From: Nitrospirota bacterium
Lineage (GTDB): Bacteria > Nitrospirota > Thermodesulfovibrionia > UBA6902
Direction: 5' to 3'
NCBI GenBank assembly: GCA_016217725.1
Contig: JACRHB010000081.1
Coordinates: 1-48,015 of the forward strand
Length of the DNA stretch: 48,015 nucleotides
The notes beneath the pieces are model-generated. The model did not search any database. It worked only from the letters and a program-made list of their open reading frames with translations, and had not been told where the DNA came from. Below, piece by piece: positions 33,713-42,518 of the stretch (the stretch's first letter is position 1; each line of letters starts with the position of its first letter). Made by a program: the position numbers and the translations under genes.

Positions 33713-33733
33713 CGTCGGGGATAAACCCCGACG
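33713..33733. repeat. GC hairpin cgtcgggg-ataaa-ccccgacg
   Basis: Perfect 8-bp stem downstream of the TSUP gene. No U-run. Confidence 0.5.
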
Positions 33734-33790
33734 CTACGGAAATTGAAAGCTAATGATAATGGCTTCCATATTAATAAAAAGGAGAGCATT

Positions 33791-34210
33791 ATGAGCAATG
33801 ATAGATTAAAGGCATCGGAAGAACAGTTAGCGTATGCAAACATTTTGAACTACGGGATGTGGATCGGGCTTGCAGTTGCGGTTGTTACTTTTATTGTTTA
33901 TGTATCGGGGGTCCTTCCGACTTTTGTGCCGATTGAGGACATGCCTAAATATTGGGGCATGAAGGCGGGGGATTATATTCACACCCTGAATGCGCCTACG
34001 GGATGGGGCTGGGTTGCGTTGATAGGGAAAGGCGATTATTTGAATTTTATAGGCATTGCCATGCTTGCAGGGCTGACGGTTTTGTGTTATTTAATAATCA
34101 TACCGATACTCATGAGAAAGAAAGATACGCCGTATGTAATCATTGCAATACTTGAAGTCGCAGTTCTGGTATTAGCCGCGAGCGGGATACTGAAGACAGG
34201 AGGGCACTAA
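33791..34210 (+). CDS. Small integral membrane protein (3-4 TM), unknown function
   Basis: GGAGAG SD before ATG 33791. Hydrophobic helices. Its stop lies 1 nt before the usp start. Confidence 0.55.
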   Translation: MSNDRLKASEEQLAYANILNYGMWIGLAVAVVTFIVYVSGVLPTFVPIEDMPKYWGMKAGDYIHTLNAPTGWGWVALIGKGDYLNFIGIAMLAGLTVLCYLIIIPILMRKKDTPYVIIAILEVAVLVLAASGILKTGGH

Positions 34211-34211
34211 A

Positions 34212-35105
34212 ATGACCGCACAATTTTGTCCCACAAAGATTGAGAAGATGCTTTTAACGACCGACGGCTCCGAATTCAGCGAAGGCGCCGTAAGAGAGGC
34301 GATAAAGCTCGCTAAAACATGTTCAAGCAAATTATTCGCTCTCTCGGTGGTCGAAACAAATCCTGAATATGAAGCCGTAGCGCCACAGGTTGTCGAGAAG
34401 GCGGAAAAAGAGACAAGGAAGATACTTGAATCAGTAAAAGACAGGGCGTCAAAAGAAGGCGTTGACTGCGAGATTATAGCGCGCCATGGAGAAAGCCCAT
34501 ATGAATACATCGTTGAAGAGGCGGAAAAAGCTCAAGCGAATATGATAATCATGGGCAGGCGCGGCAGGAAGGGTCTTAAAAGGCTCATGATGGGAAGCGA
34601 AACTGCAAGGGTCATCGGACATGCAAAGTGCAATGTGCTTATTGTTCCACGCGCGGCGTCGGTTGATTTCAAAAGAATTGTTGTCGCCACCGACGGCTCA
34701 AAGTACAGTGACGCTGCGGTCAGTGAAGCCGTAAGCATTTCAAAACGCTGCGGCTCAAGCCTTTTCGCGATCTCCGTTGTTCCTTCCGAAACCGAATCGC
34801 CTTTTGACATTGTGCATATGGAGATGCACAAGGATATAATTTCCGAAAAAGAATCTAAAATGGCTGAATGCCTTGTCAAGGACATAAAAGATCTTGCCGA
34901 AAAAGAAGGCGTAGGCACGCAGGGATTTGTTTATTCCGGCAAGCCCTATGAGTCTATAATAAGCATGGCTAAAGAAAAACATGCAGACCTGATCGTTGTC
35001 GGCAGTCACGGCAGAACGGGTCTGGCAAAGCTTCTCATGGGAAGCGTGACCGAAAGGGTAATCGGTCTCGCGGAATGCGCCGTGCTTGTTGTAAAGGCGG
35101 CATGA
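34212..35105 (+). CDS. Tandem universal stress protein (2 x UspA domain)
   Basis: Two repeats of the ..D(L/M)I(I/V)(M/V)G..GR.GL..L(L/M)MGS(V/E)T..V pattern. Confidence 0.85.
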   Translation: MTAQFCPTKIEKMLLTTDGSEFSEGAVREAIKLAKTCSSKLFALSVVETNPEYEAVAPQVVEKAEKETRKILESVKDRASKEGVDCEIIARHGESPYEYIVEEAEKAQANMIIMGRRGRKGLKRLMMGSETARVIGHAKCNVLIVPRAASVDFKRIVVATDGSKYSDAAVSEAVSISKRCGSSLFAISVVPSETESPFDIVHMEMHKDIISEKESKMAECLVKDIKDLAEKEGVGTQGFVYSGKPYESIISMAKEKHADLIVVGSHGRTGLAKLLMGSVTERVIGLAECAVLVVKAA

Positions 35106-35121
35106 ATTACTAACGAATATC

Positions 35122-35211
35122 TCCCCTCCCTTGATGGGAGGGGATTAAGGGGAGGGTGAAGATCCTTTTTAAATCCCCCTCTCCCTAACCCTCTCCCGCC
35201 AGGGGAGAGGG
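35122..35211. repeat. C/G-tract hairpin element (second copy) plus ccctctccc-gccag-gggagaggg hairpin
   Basis: TCCCCTCCCTTGATGGGAGGGGATTAAGGGGAGGGTGA at 35122-35159. Second hairpin at 35189-35211. Confidence 0.8.
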
Positions 35212-35221
35212 AAAAACCTAC

Positions 35222-36574
35222 TTATAGAATATACCTGCTTAAATCTTCGTCCTTAACAATGTCGCTTAACTTTTCCCTCACGTATTTTGCGTCTATCGAA
35301 AGCTCCCCGGCCTTTATGTCGGGCGCGTTAAACGAGATATCTTCAAGGACCTTCTCAAGGATGGTGTGAAGCCTCCTCGCCCCGATGTTTTCGGTCTTTT
35401 CATTAACCGTCGCTGCGGTGGAGGCGAGCTCCTCTATCGAGTCGTCCGTAAAATTTATCTTCACGTCCTCGGTCTCGATGAGGGCGACGTATTGCTTTAT
35501 AAGCGCGTTCCTCGGCTCCTTCAAGATCCTGAGGAATTCATTTTTACCGAGGGCGTCAAGCTCCGCCCTTATGGGGAACCTTCCCTGAAGCTCGGGGATG
35601 AGGTCGGACGGCTTTGATACGCTGAAGGCGCCCGCCGCAATGAAGAGTATATGGTCCGTCTTTACCGGTCCGTGTTTGGTCTGGACCGTAGAGCCTTCGA
35701 CGATCGGGAGCAGGTCCCTCTGCACGCCTTCTCTTGATACGTCGGGGCCGTAGGAGCTGCCTTTTGAAGCGATCTTGTCTATCTCGTCTATAAAAATTAT
35801 GCCGTTCTGCTCGGTGCGCTCGATTGCTTCTTTGACGACCTTATCCATGTCTATAAGCTTATTCGCTTCTTCCTGCTGAATAATCCTCAGCGCCTCCGGG
35901 ACTTTAACTTTTTTTCTCTTTGCCTTCTCGGGCAGGAAATTGCCCAGCATCTCCTTTAAATTCATCTCGATCTCATCCATGCCGATATTGGAGATGACGC
36001 CGAAGGGGACCACTTTTTCCCGCACTTCCAGGTCGATGTACCTGTTGTCGAGTTTTCCTTCTTTTAACTGGCTCCGCAATTTCTCGCGGGTTTCCTGATA
36101 ATTCTGTTTTTCTTCTTCAAGCGTTTCCTCGGCCAGGGACATCTTCTTCGGCGGTCTCGGCGGGGGAAGCAGGAGGTCGAGAATCTTTTCCTCGGCAAGC
36201 CACTGCGCCTTCTCCTGCACCTTTTCCATATGCTCGGTCTTCACCATGTTGAGGGCCAGTCCCGAAAGGTCTCTTATCATCGATTCCACGTCTCTGCCGA
36301 CATAGCCGACCTCCGTGAATTTTGAGGCCTCAACCTTTATGAAGGGCGCCTGAGCCAGCTTCGACAGTCTCCTGGCTATCTCTGTTTTGCCCACGCCCGT
36401 CGGGCCGATCATCAGTATATTCTTAGGCAGTATCTCATCCTTCATCTCATCGGATAAGAGTTGTCTTCTCCAGCGGTTTCTGAGGGCGATAGCCACGGCC
36501 TTTTTCGCCTTGCCCTGGCCGATGATATATTTGTCGAGCTCTTCGACGATCTTTTTTGGTGTAAGGTTATCCAT
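35222..36574 (-). CDS. hslU: ATP-dependent protease ATPase subunit HslU
   Basis: [41 protein letters not shown]. Confidence 0.95.
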   Translation of the reverse strand: MDNLTPKKIVEELDKYIIGQGKAKKAVAIALRNRWRRQLLSDEMKDEILPKNILMIGPTGVGKTEIARRLSKLAQAPFIKVEASKFTEVGYVGRDVESMIRDLSGLALNMVKTEHMEKVQEKAQWLAEEKILDLLLPPPRPPKKMSLAEETLEEEKQNYQETREKLRSQLKEGKLDNRYIDLEVREKVVPFGVISNIGMDEIEMNLKEMLGNFLPEKAKRKKVKVPEALRIIQQEEANKLIDMDKVVKEAIERTEQNGIIFIDEIDKIASKGSSYGPDVSREGVQRDLLPIVEGSTVQTKHGPVKTDHILFIAAGAFSVSKPSDLIPELQGRFPIRAELDALGKNEFLRILKEPRNALIKQYVALIETEDVKINFTDDSIEELASTAATVNEKTENIGARRLHTILEKVLEDISFNAPDIKAGELSIDAKYVREKLSDIVKDEDLSRYIL

Positions 36575-36588
36575 GTAAACTCCATTAA

Positions 36589-36648
36589 GTTGTCAGTTGT
36601 CAGTTTTTAGTTGTTAGTCTAAAAACTGACAACTAAAAACTAACAACT
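36589..36648. repeat. Family H hairpin, copy 3
   Basis: gttgtcagttttta-gttgttagtc-taaaaactgacaac, with the same loop as copy 2. Lies between hslV and hslU. Confidence 0.8.
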
Positions 36649-36666
36649 AATTTGCTTTGCAAATTT

Positions 36667-37197
36667 CTAAGGCAGCTCCTCTATGCTGATTGACTCATTC
36701 GTATAAATGCATATCTTTGAAGTTATCTTCATAGCTTCTTCAACGATCTTTCCCGGCTCTAATTGCGTATGCACGATAAGGGCCTTTGCAGCGGCCTGCG
36801 CATACGGCCCGCCGGAGCCGATGGCCGCTATCCCGTCTTCCGGCTCTATGACGTCGCCGTTTCCGGATATGATAAAAGAGTGCTCCTTATCGGCGACAAC
36901 GAGCAGCGCTTCCAGACGTCTCAATATTTTATCGGTCCTCCAGTCCTTGGCGAGCTCAACTGCGGCACGGGCGATATTGCCCCTGTACGTTTCGAGCTTT
37001 CCCTCGAATTTTTCAAAGAGGGTGAAGGCGTCGGCCGTCGCCCCGGCGAAACCCGCGAGGACGTTGTCGTGGTACATTTTCCTGATCTTCTTCGCATTGT
37101 GCTTCAGAACGGTCTGCCCGAGCGTAACCTGTCCGTCGCCGCCGATGGCAACCTTGCCGTCTTTTCTGACACACAGCACCGTTGTACCGTGAAACAT
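36667..37197 (-). CDS. hslV: ATP-dependent protease subunit HslV
   Basis: [32 protein letters not shown] 5 nt before ATG 37197. The track start 37263 runs into a repeat element. Confidence 0.9.
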   Translation of the reverse strand: MFHGTTVLCVRKDGKVAIGGDGQVTLGQTVLKHNAKKIRKMYHDNVLAGFAGATADAFTLFEKFEGKLETYRGNIARAAVELAKDWRTDKILRRLEALLVVADKEHSFIISGNGDVIEPEDGIAAIGSGGPYAQAAAKALIVHTQLEPGKIVEEAMKITSKICIYTNESISIEELP

Positions 37198-37217
37198 AAT
37201 GTTCTCCATGATTTTTT

Positions 37218-37297
37218 TGAAAAATCTCCCCTCACCCCTCTTTTTCAAAGAAGGGAACAACACACCCCTTTAATCCCCTCTTATTAGAGGGGAAATC
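37218..37297. repeat. Degenerate member of the CCCCTC..GAGGGG hairpin family
   Basis: ccctcttt-ttc-aaagaaggg and cccctc-ttatta-gagggg (37275-37292). Confidence 0.6.
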
Positions 37298-37313
37298 TGC
37301 CATTCTTCCTCCT

Positions 37314-38204
37314 TCACTTCTTGACTTCTTCACTTTCCTTTGCCCTCGGATGCGCCTTGTCGTAAACCTCCATCAGATGCTTAATATCAACATGCGTATA
37401 TTTTTGTGTCGTCGAAAGGGATGAGTGTCCCAGGAGCTCCTGGATCGCTCTCAAATCCGCACCTTCGTGAAGCAAATGTGTCGCAAAGGTATGCCTTAGA
37501 ACATGGGGACTGAGGTCGCTTTTAAGATGGACCATCCTGCTATAGTGTAATAATATACGTCTTACGCTCCTCTGTGTCAACCTGCCGCCGTGATTATTCA
37601 GGAATAAAGCCTGGGACTTTTTCTTCAGGGAGATCCTTTCGGGGAGATAATTCCGTATGGCCTCCATCGCCTTGGACCCGACAGGGACTATCCGCTCCTT
37701 CATCCCTTTGCCTTTCACCCTGACGAGAGCCTCTTTGATATCAAGGTCGCCCATATCGAGCGAGGTCAGCTCGGATACCCTCAACCCCGAGGAATAGAGG
37801 AGCTCGAGGATAGCCTTGGCCCTTGTCGGCATGAAGGTCTCACCCTGCGGTTTATCCATAAGAGTAAACGCTTCATCAACCGTCAGAAAACGGGGAAGGA
37901 TCTTCGGGACTTTCGGGCTTGATACGAGTCTCGCCGGATTTTTTTTCACGTATCCTTCCCTGTGAAGGTATTTGAAGAAAGACCTGACGGCTGCAAGTTT
38001 TCTTGCGATGGAAGATTTTTTTAATTTCTTATGATGTAAAGACGCGAGAAAGCTTCTTATGTCAAGGTTGTCGATCACCCTCGGGTTTTTGTCCAGGAAT
38101 TCGTGAAACTCCCGCAGGTCTTCGTCATAAGCCCTCAGCGTGTGAAGCGATGACCCCCGCTCCGCCTTTAAATAATAAAGAAATTGCTCGACGTGTTTTT
38201 TCAA
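37314..38204 (-). CDS. xerC: Tyrosine recombinase XerC/XerD
   Basis: RGLR..., HVLRHTFATHLL, LLGHSSLSTTQKYTH. Conserved xerC-hslV-hslU synteny. Confidence 0.85.
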   Translation of the reverse strand: MKKHVEQFLYYLKAERGSSLHTLRAYDEDLREFHEFLDKNPRVIDNLDIRSFLASLHHKKLKKSSIARKLAAVRSFFKYLHREGYVKKNPARLVSSPKVPKILPRFLTVDEAFTLMDKPQGETFMPTRAKAILELLYSSGLRVSELTSLDMGDLDIKEALVRVKGKGMKERIVPVGSKAMEAIRNYLPERISLKKKSQALFLNNHGGRLTQRSVRRILLHYSRMVHLKSDLSPHVLRHTFATHLLHEGADLRAIQELLGHSSLSTTQKYTHVDIKHLMEVYDKAHPRAKESEEVKK

Positions 38205-38250
38205 TTTTTAATCCCGTTGAATAGTGTCTGTTTATAAACTCGGTTTAGTT

Positions 38251-38319
38251 GTCATTCCGGCTTGTCCGGAATCTTTCTTAAAGAAGGATTCCCGATCCCG
38301 ATGTTTCGGGAGGAATGAC
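38251..38319. mobile_element. MITE/REP-like element, same family (copy 4)
   Basis: GTCATTCCGGCTTGTCCGGAATC ... GGATTCCCGATCCCGATGTTTCGGGAGGAATGAC. Confidence 0.65.
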
Positions 38320-38384
38320 GAAAAAGGCACTTTATAAACAAACCCTAATATAGAGTCTTTAGTGCTATTGTAAACGGTATATGT

Positions 38385-39590
38385 TCATCTTGCAAGCCAG
38401 CGAACGACAAGGAAGTATTCCAGCAATGCAGCGCTTATAATCAATATCGTCACTTTAATGATCTTCTCGTATATGCCGTTCATGGCCGCCTTGAAATATT
38501 CCCTCGTCAGCACGAGGCAGAGATGAACGGGCGATAAGAGCACGCCGACGTATCCCGAGGCAAAGGCGAAAGAGATCGCGCCGATGTGGTTTGCATTCTC
38601 AAGCCCTAATATAATGGGGAACGTGCTGCCGACAAAGGCGAACGTAAGCCCCGTCAGGAGTCCGGAGATGAACGGAAGGATAAACAGCACTGGCAGGGTA
38701 GGGATGCCTTCTTTTGCGAAAAAGGCGCTTATGTTGGTCACAGCCCCTGAAAAATTCAGAATCGCCTTAAAGGTCATTACACTGATTATGATGGCCAGGA
38801 TATCCCATGAAAACCCCTCTTTTAAACTCTGAAGCATATTTTTCAGAGGAGGCCGTAAAACCGCAAACAGGCCGATGAGCACCGCGCCGAGACTTATTGA
38901 TAAATGGAGATGAAAGACCATAACCATGACAAGAATGACGGTTATAGGGATGAAGCTCATGAGACCGGACCTCGACAGTTTTCTGAAGCCTTCTTTCTGC
39001 ATACCGACGCCTCTTAATCCCCAGATATATCCTCCGATCAGAAGACACAGCGCATAAGGCAGATTGGCTAACATCAAATCCCTAAGCGAATATGAGGTGA
39101 CGGCCGCTGCAAGCACTACCCCCGGATAAAGCGGCAGCACAAATTCCCAGGGGTGTCTGAACATGTAATTTACAAAGGCCTTCTTCTCGGGAGATATTTT
39201 AACGCCTTTTGCCGCCTCCTCCACCATCGGGGCGGAGAACAGCGCTCCCCCCATTGACGGCAGCAGGCCGATAAGCGCGGGCATTGACGCCATCAATATT
39301 CTCCGGTCCATGACCATTCCCCTGAAGGAATCCATCATCTGCTGCATGATACCGTTTTTCCTCATGACGTTCTCGAAGATTCGTATGAGAGTCAGGGCTA
39401 AAATAAGGCCGAGAGTCGTCTTGTCGGTTGAAGCCGTATAAAAAGCTTTTATAAAATCAACCGGGGCGAGAAGATACAGTAACGCGAGGATTACGGATGA
39501 TAGGGCCATTACGAGTCCGAGATTCCATTTCCTTTTCAGGAGAAAGACGATGAGCACGAGCACGGCTGTAATTTTAAGGATGTCTGACAT
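38385..39590 (-). CDS. Polytopic membrane protein, putative transporter (DUF401-like)
   Basis: About 11-12 predicted TM helices over 401 aa. The family assignment is from memory only. Confidence 0.55.
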   Translation of the reverse strand: MSDILKITAVLVLIVFLLKRKWNLGLVMALSSVILALLYLLAPVDFIKAFYTASTDKTTLGLILALTLIRIFENVMRKNGIMQQMMDSFRGMVMDRRILMASMPALIGLLPSMGGALFSAPMVEEAAKGVKISPEKKAFVNYMFRHPWEFVLPLYPGVVLAAAVTSYSLRDLMLANLPYALCLLIGGYIWGLRGVGMQKEGFRKLSRSGLMSFIPITVILVMVMVFHLHLSISLGAVLIGLFAVLRPPLKNMLQSLKEGFSWDILAIIISVMTFKAILNFSGAVTNISAFFAKEGIPTLPVLFILPFISGLLTGLTFAFVGSTFPIILGLENANHIGAISFAFASGYVGVLLSPVHLCLVLTREYFKAAMNGIYEKIIKVTILIISAALLEYFLVVRWLAR

Positions 39591-39613
39591 GGGTTAATTA
39601 TACAACAGTAGTT

Positions 39614-39634
39614 TAAGAGTTATGAGTTAAGCAG
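39614..39634. repeat. Tandem heptamers TAAGAGT TATGAGT TAAGCAG
   Basis: Upstream of the ACT gene. Confidence 0.75.
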
Positions 39635-39662
39635 TTGACTTTCAGAATGTATGATGTAGAAT
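39635..39662 (+). promoter_or_regulatory. Candidate promoter of the ACT-domain gene
   Basis: TTGACT (39635-39640), 16-nt spacer, TAGAAT (39657-39662). Confidence 0.4.
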
Positions 39663-39696
39663 TTAATTTAACCATAAAATTATTAAGGAGGCTGCT

Positions 39697-40095
39697 ATGG
39701 CAAAGGCAACAAAAATGAAACAGCTCAGTCTGGAGATGCCCGACAAACCCGGACAGCTTGCGGAAGTCGCAACGACTCTTGCAGGAGTAAAAGTAAATAT
39801 AAGCGCAATATGCGCATACGGTATGGAGGGTAAGGCATATTTCATGCTCATAACCGACAGTAATGCAAAGGCCAAAAAGGCGCTTGCAAAGCTTGGATGC
39901 GAGATCAAAGAAGAAGACGTTTTTGCCGTGGAGATGCCCGATAAAGTCGGAGAGATGCAGAAAACTGCAAGAAAAATTGCGGATGCGGGCATAAACGTCA
40001 ACTATATATACGGAACGATTTCATCGGGTAAAACTTCCGTCTGCGTTTTCTCAACGGATGACGACAAGAAGGCGCTGCGGGTGATTAATAAGTAA
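39697..40095 (+). CDS. ACT-domain protein (tandem ACT)
   Basis: Two MPDKPGQLAEV / MPDKVGEMQK beta-alpha-beta-beta-alpha-beta starts. AAGGAGG SD. Confidence 0.7.
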   Translation: MAKATKMKQLSLEMPDKPGQLAEVATTLAGVKVNISAICAYGMEGKAYFMLITDSNAKAKKALAKLGCEIKEEDVFAVEMPDKVGEMQKTARKIADAGINVNYIYGTISSGKTSVCVFSTDDDKKALRVINK

Positions 40096-40096
40096 A

Positions 40097-40145
40097 TAAG
40101 AGTTAAGAGTTGAAAGTTAAGAGTAGGGGCGAGGTGACCTCGCCC
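40097..40145. repeat. Tandem heptamers TAAGAGT x4 (one variant TGAAAGT) followed by a gggcgagg-tga-cctcgccc hairpin
   Basis: Begins 2 nt after the ACT gene stop. Same module as 13154-13187. Confidence 0.8.
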
Positions 40146-40289
40146 GAAAGGGAACCTGATAAAAATTCGGCGCCTTACTCACAGGAGGCAGCAGAAGCTG
40201 GAAGAATACCTCGAAGAAAAAAGACATCTGGTCGATGAAGAAGCGTAGTATATGGTATTGGGAGCGTATTCTGCCCTTCGCATCCATTA

Positions 40290-40895
40290 TTAACCAAGAA
40301 CAACCGCTATCTCTTTCGTATGCCACGCGATACCCTTTATTGCTCCAAGCATGCCTACATAAACGGATGAAGCCAAAGGCAGGCATTCACCTGTTATTAA
40401 CCTGTTTTCGTGTAATGTGGCATACTCATCCGCCATGTTTTCTATGTTTACCCGGGATTCCTGTATGTATTTGCTCAGGAATGTGTTCCTGGCAAGGATC
40501 AGGTCCGCTGTAGGTCTCAGTATTTCCACCAGCCGTTGAAGAAGGTATATTGTTTCGTTGACAGCCTTGTCGGAAAAAAGGACCTTCTCACTGATCTTTT
40601 TATCTATCAGCTCATAAAGTTTACCGAGGTTTCTCCAGACCTTCGCAAGGTGTTCCGCTACCGCGACATATGGCTTCATGCCTTCTTCACCCGAAGCCGC
40701 TTCCTTAATAATTGCCGACAGGGGACGGATTTCTTTCTCGACGGCCTCAGCCTTTGACCTGTATTCCTGTAAATGTTTAGACGTGTTATAAATGAATGCC
40801 GTCTGCAGAGTTGATATAACTTCAACTGTCTCATTCGTAATTTCATATAATTCGGTCAGCTTGCTTTTAATGTCTATTTTGGTCGCTGATTTCAT
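40290..40895 (-). CDS. Hypothetical helical protein, possibly PhoU/DUF47-like
   Basis: All-helical sequence ending ..GAIKGIAWHTKEIAVVLG, reminiscent of PhoU-type repeats. The assignment is weak. Confidence 0.35.
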   Translation of the reverse strand: MKSATKIDIKSKLTELYEITNETVEVISTLQTAFIYNTSKHLQEYRSKAEAVEKEIRPLSAIIKEAASGEEGMKPYVAVAEHLAKVWRNLGKLYELIDKKISEKVLFSDKAVNETIYLLQRLVEILRPTADLILARNTFLSKYIQESRVNIENMADEYATLHENRLITGECLPLASSVYVGMLGAIKGIAWHTKEIAVVLG

Positions 40896-41084
40896 ATGTT
40901 CACCTCCTTGTTATAAATATTTTTCTTCTATAATTAATACATATCACATAATTTCGGGCTGTGCAACTATTTGTTGAAAGGTTTTAGACAAGCGAGGACA
41001 ATTTCAAGGTCAGACCCCATCTATTCTACAAGCAGCTGCGGCTCAACTTCATAACGCTGAGGAGAGGGAAATTCAAGACATTAA

Positions 41085-41753
41085 TTACATCCTCTTCTCC
41101 CACATCAAGGCCTTATCATAATGCTTAAACAGCCTCTCACGTTTTCTGAATTCGCTTGAATGCGCCCTTTTCCCGCAGGCTGCATCCATATCGGCGTGCA
41201 GCATCTCATGATAAACAACGTACTCAAGGTAATATCGCGGCGTCTTTGCGGAATCGAGCAGCGGATTGATCCTGATGACCCTGTCGTGCCTGTTGAAGCT
41301 GCCGAGTATCCTGCGCCTTACCGCGCGTTTCGGGCTTTTTGCGCCCCAGGTAATACGTGCTGAGATCTTTCCGTTAAAGTAAGCGGCATTCACCGAATTG
41401 TAAATTTCCATAAGATCATAAAATCTTCCAGCCGTCAATATCTTCAGCCTTTTCGGCTTCCTTTGAATATACTTCGTGTTATTCCGTATAAACCTCCTGA
41501 TGTGCGGGGTATCGTTTTTTCTTCTGTTTTTGATCAAGCCCGCTATCTCCCGCAGAACGTCAGGACCGGCGTGCAGGAACATTTTGTGCAGTCTGACGGA
41601 TACGGCGCATCCGTTTGTTTTTACGGAGAGCATGCTTGAAGAATTTTCCGTAATGACAAGCGAAACGGCTTTGCCCGCGGCTTTTTCAAGATACGCTTTC
41701 AGAGAGCCTTCCTCATGGAGAAAAGGCAGGCTTAGTTGACTGATATTTTCCAT
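41085..41753 (-). CDS. SprT/DUF45-like zinc metallopeptidase-motif protein
   Basis: YVVYHEMLHA (HExxH) near the C-terminus. Its start overlaps the aat stop by 22 nt. Confidence 0.55.
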   Translation of the reverse strand: MENISQLSLPFLHEEGSLKAYLEKAAGKAVSLVITENSSSMLSVKTNGCAVSVRLHKMFLHAGPDVLREIAGLIKNRRKNDTPHIRRFIRNNTKYIQRKPKRLKILTAGRFYDLMEIYNSVNAAYFNGKISARITWGAKSPKRAVRRRILGSFNRHDRVIRINPLLDSAKTPRYYLEYVVYHEMLHADMDAACGKRAHSSEFRKRERLFKHYDKALMWEKRM

Positions 41754-42421
41754 TTGCCTTTTTTAGTCGGCGCCTTCAGGGCGGATTTAAGCAGCATCAT
41801 AAAATCAGAGCGCGGTATATCCCGCGCGCCGAAGCTTTTCAGATGAGCGGTCGTCACCTGACAGTCAATCAGGGTGAAGCTCCATTTTATCAGTTGCCGG
41901 ACGAGCGTAACGAATGCAACCTTTGATGCGTCGCTCTTTTTTGCAAACATCGATTCCCCGAAGAAAGCGGAGCCGAGGGAAACACCGTAAATACCGCCTG
42001 CAAGCTCGCCGTCGGACCAGCTTTCGACCGAATGAGCATAACCTGAATTATGCAGATTAATGTAGGCGTCGATCATTTCCCTTGTGATCCACGTGGCGCC
42101 CTTGTCCCGGAGATGAACCGAGGCGCAATTCCTGATGACCCGTTCAAAGGCCGTATCGAGCGTAACTTTAAAGGCCTCCTTTTTTATCGTCTGCCTCAGG
42201 CTTCTTGAGGTTTGAAAATCTTCCGGCAGAAGGACGAGCCTCGGCTCGGGAGCCCACCAGAGGAGCGGGTCGCCTTCCGAGTACCACGGAAAGATCCCCA
42301 TTGAATAGGCCAGGAGCAGACGTTCTTCACTCAGGTCGCCGCCTACAGCAAGAAGCCCGTTGTCTTCAGCAAGGTCGGGAGCCGGAAAGATGAGTTCGTC
42401 TGAGAGCCGGAAGATGGGCAT
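41732..42421 (-). CDS. aat: Leucyl/phenylalanyl-tRNA-protein transferase
   Basis: GIFPWYSEGDPLLWWAPEPR, GELAGGIYGVSLGSAFFGESMF. Confidence 0.9.
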   Translation of the reverse strand: MPIFRLSDELIFPAPDLAEDNGLLAVGGDLSEERLLLAYSMGIFPWYSEGDPLLWWAPEPRLVLLPEDFQTSRSLRQTIKKEAFKVTLDTAFERVIRNCASVHLRDKGATWITREMIDAYINLHNSGYAHSVESWSDGELAGGIYGVSLGSAFFGESMFAKKSDASKVAFVTLVRQLIKWSFTLIDCQVTTAHLKSFGARDIPRSDFMMLLKSALKAPTKKGKWKISVN

Positions 42422-42423
42422 TT

Positions 42424-42504
42424 AAAAAATCTCCCCTGCCCCCTCTTTACCAAAGAGGGGAAATAAGAATCCCCCTTTGGCAAAGGGGGACAAAGGGGGA
42501 TTTT
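42424..42504. repeat. Three-stem element, inverted copy of 28367-28445
   Basis: Hairpins at 42440-42460 (cccctctttaccaaagagggg) and 42470-42490 (tccccctttggcaaaggggga), with the same outer stem. Confidence 0.75.
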
Positions 42505-42518
42505 GAGGGATCAGGATA

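Noticed and set aside
36707-37287. 161-aa and 174-aa plus-strand ORFs
   Set aside because: Both lie antisense to hslV, which is unambiguous.
37314-38204. Tyrosine recombinase as a marker of an integrated mobile element
   Set aside because: The conserved xerC-hslV-hslU synteny and the XerC/D-type C-terminal motifs indicate the chromosomal dimer-resolution recombinase.
38229-38340. TTTATAAAC on both sides of MITE copy 4 as a target-site duplication
   Set aside because: The motifs are 11 nt from the element ends, not abutting them, and the motif is itself an AT-rich palindrome likely to occur by chance.
40117-40386. 89-aa minus-strand ORF ending ..RARSPRPYS
   Set aside because: Its C-terminus is the translation of the GC hairpin and heptamer array at 40097-40145, and it overlaps the 3' end of the 40290-40895 gene.
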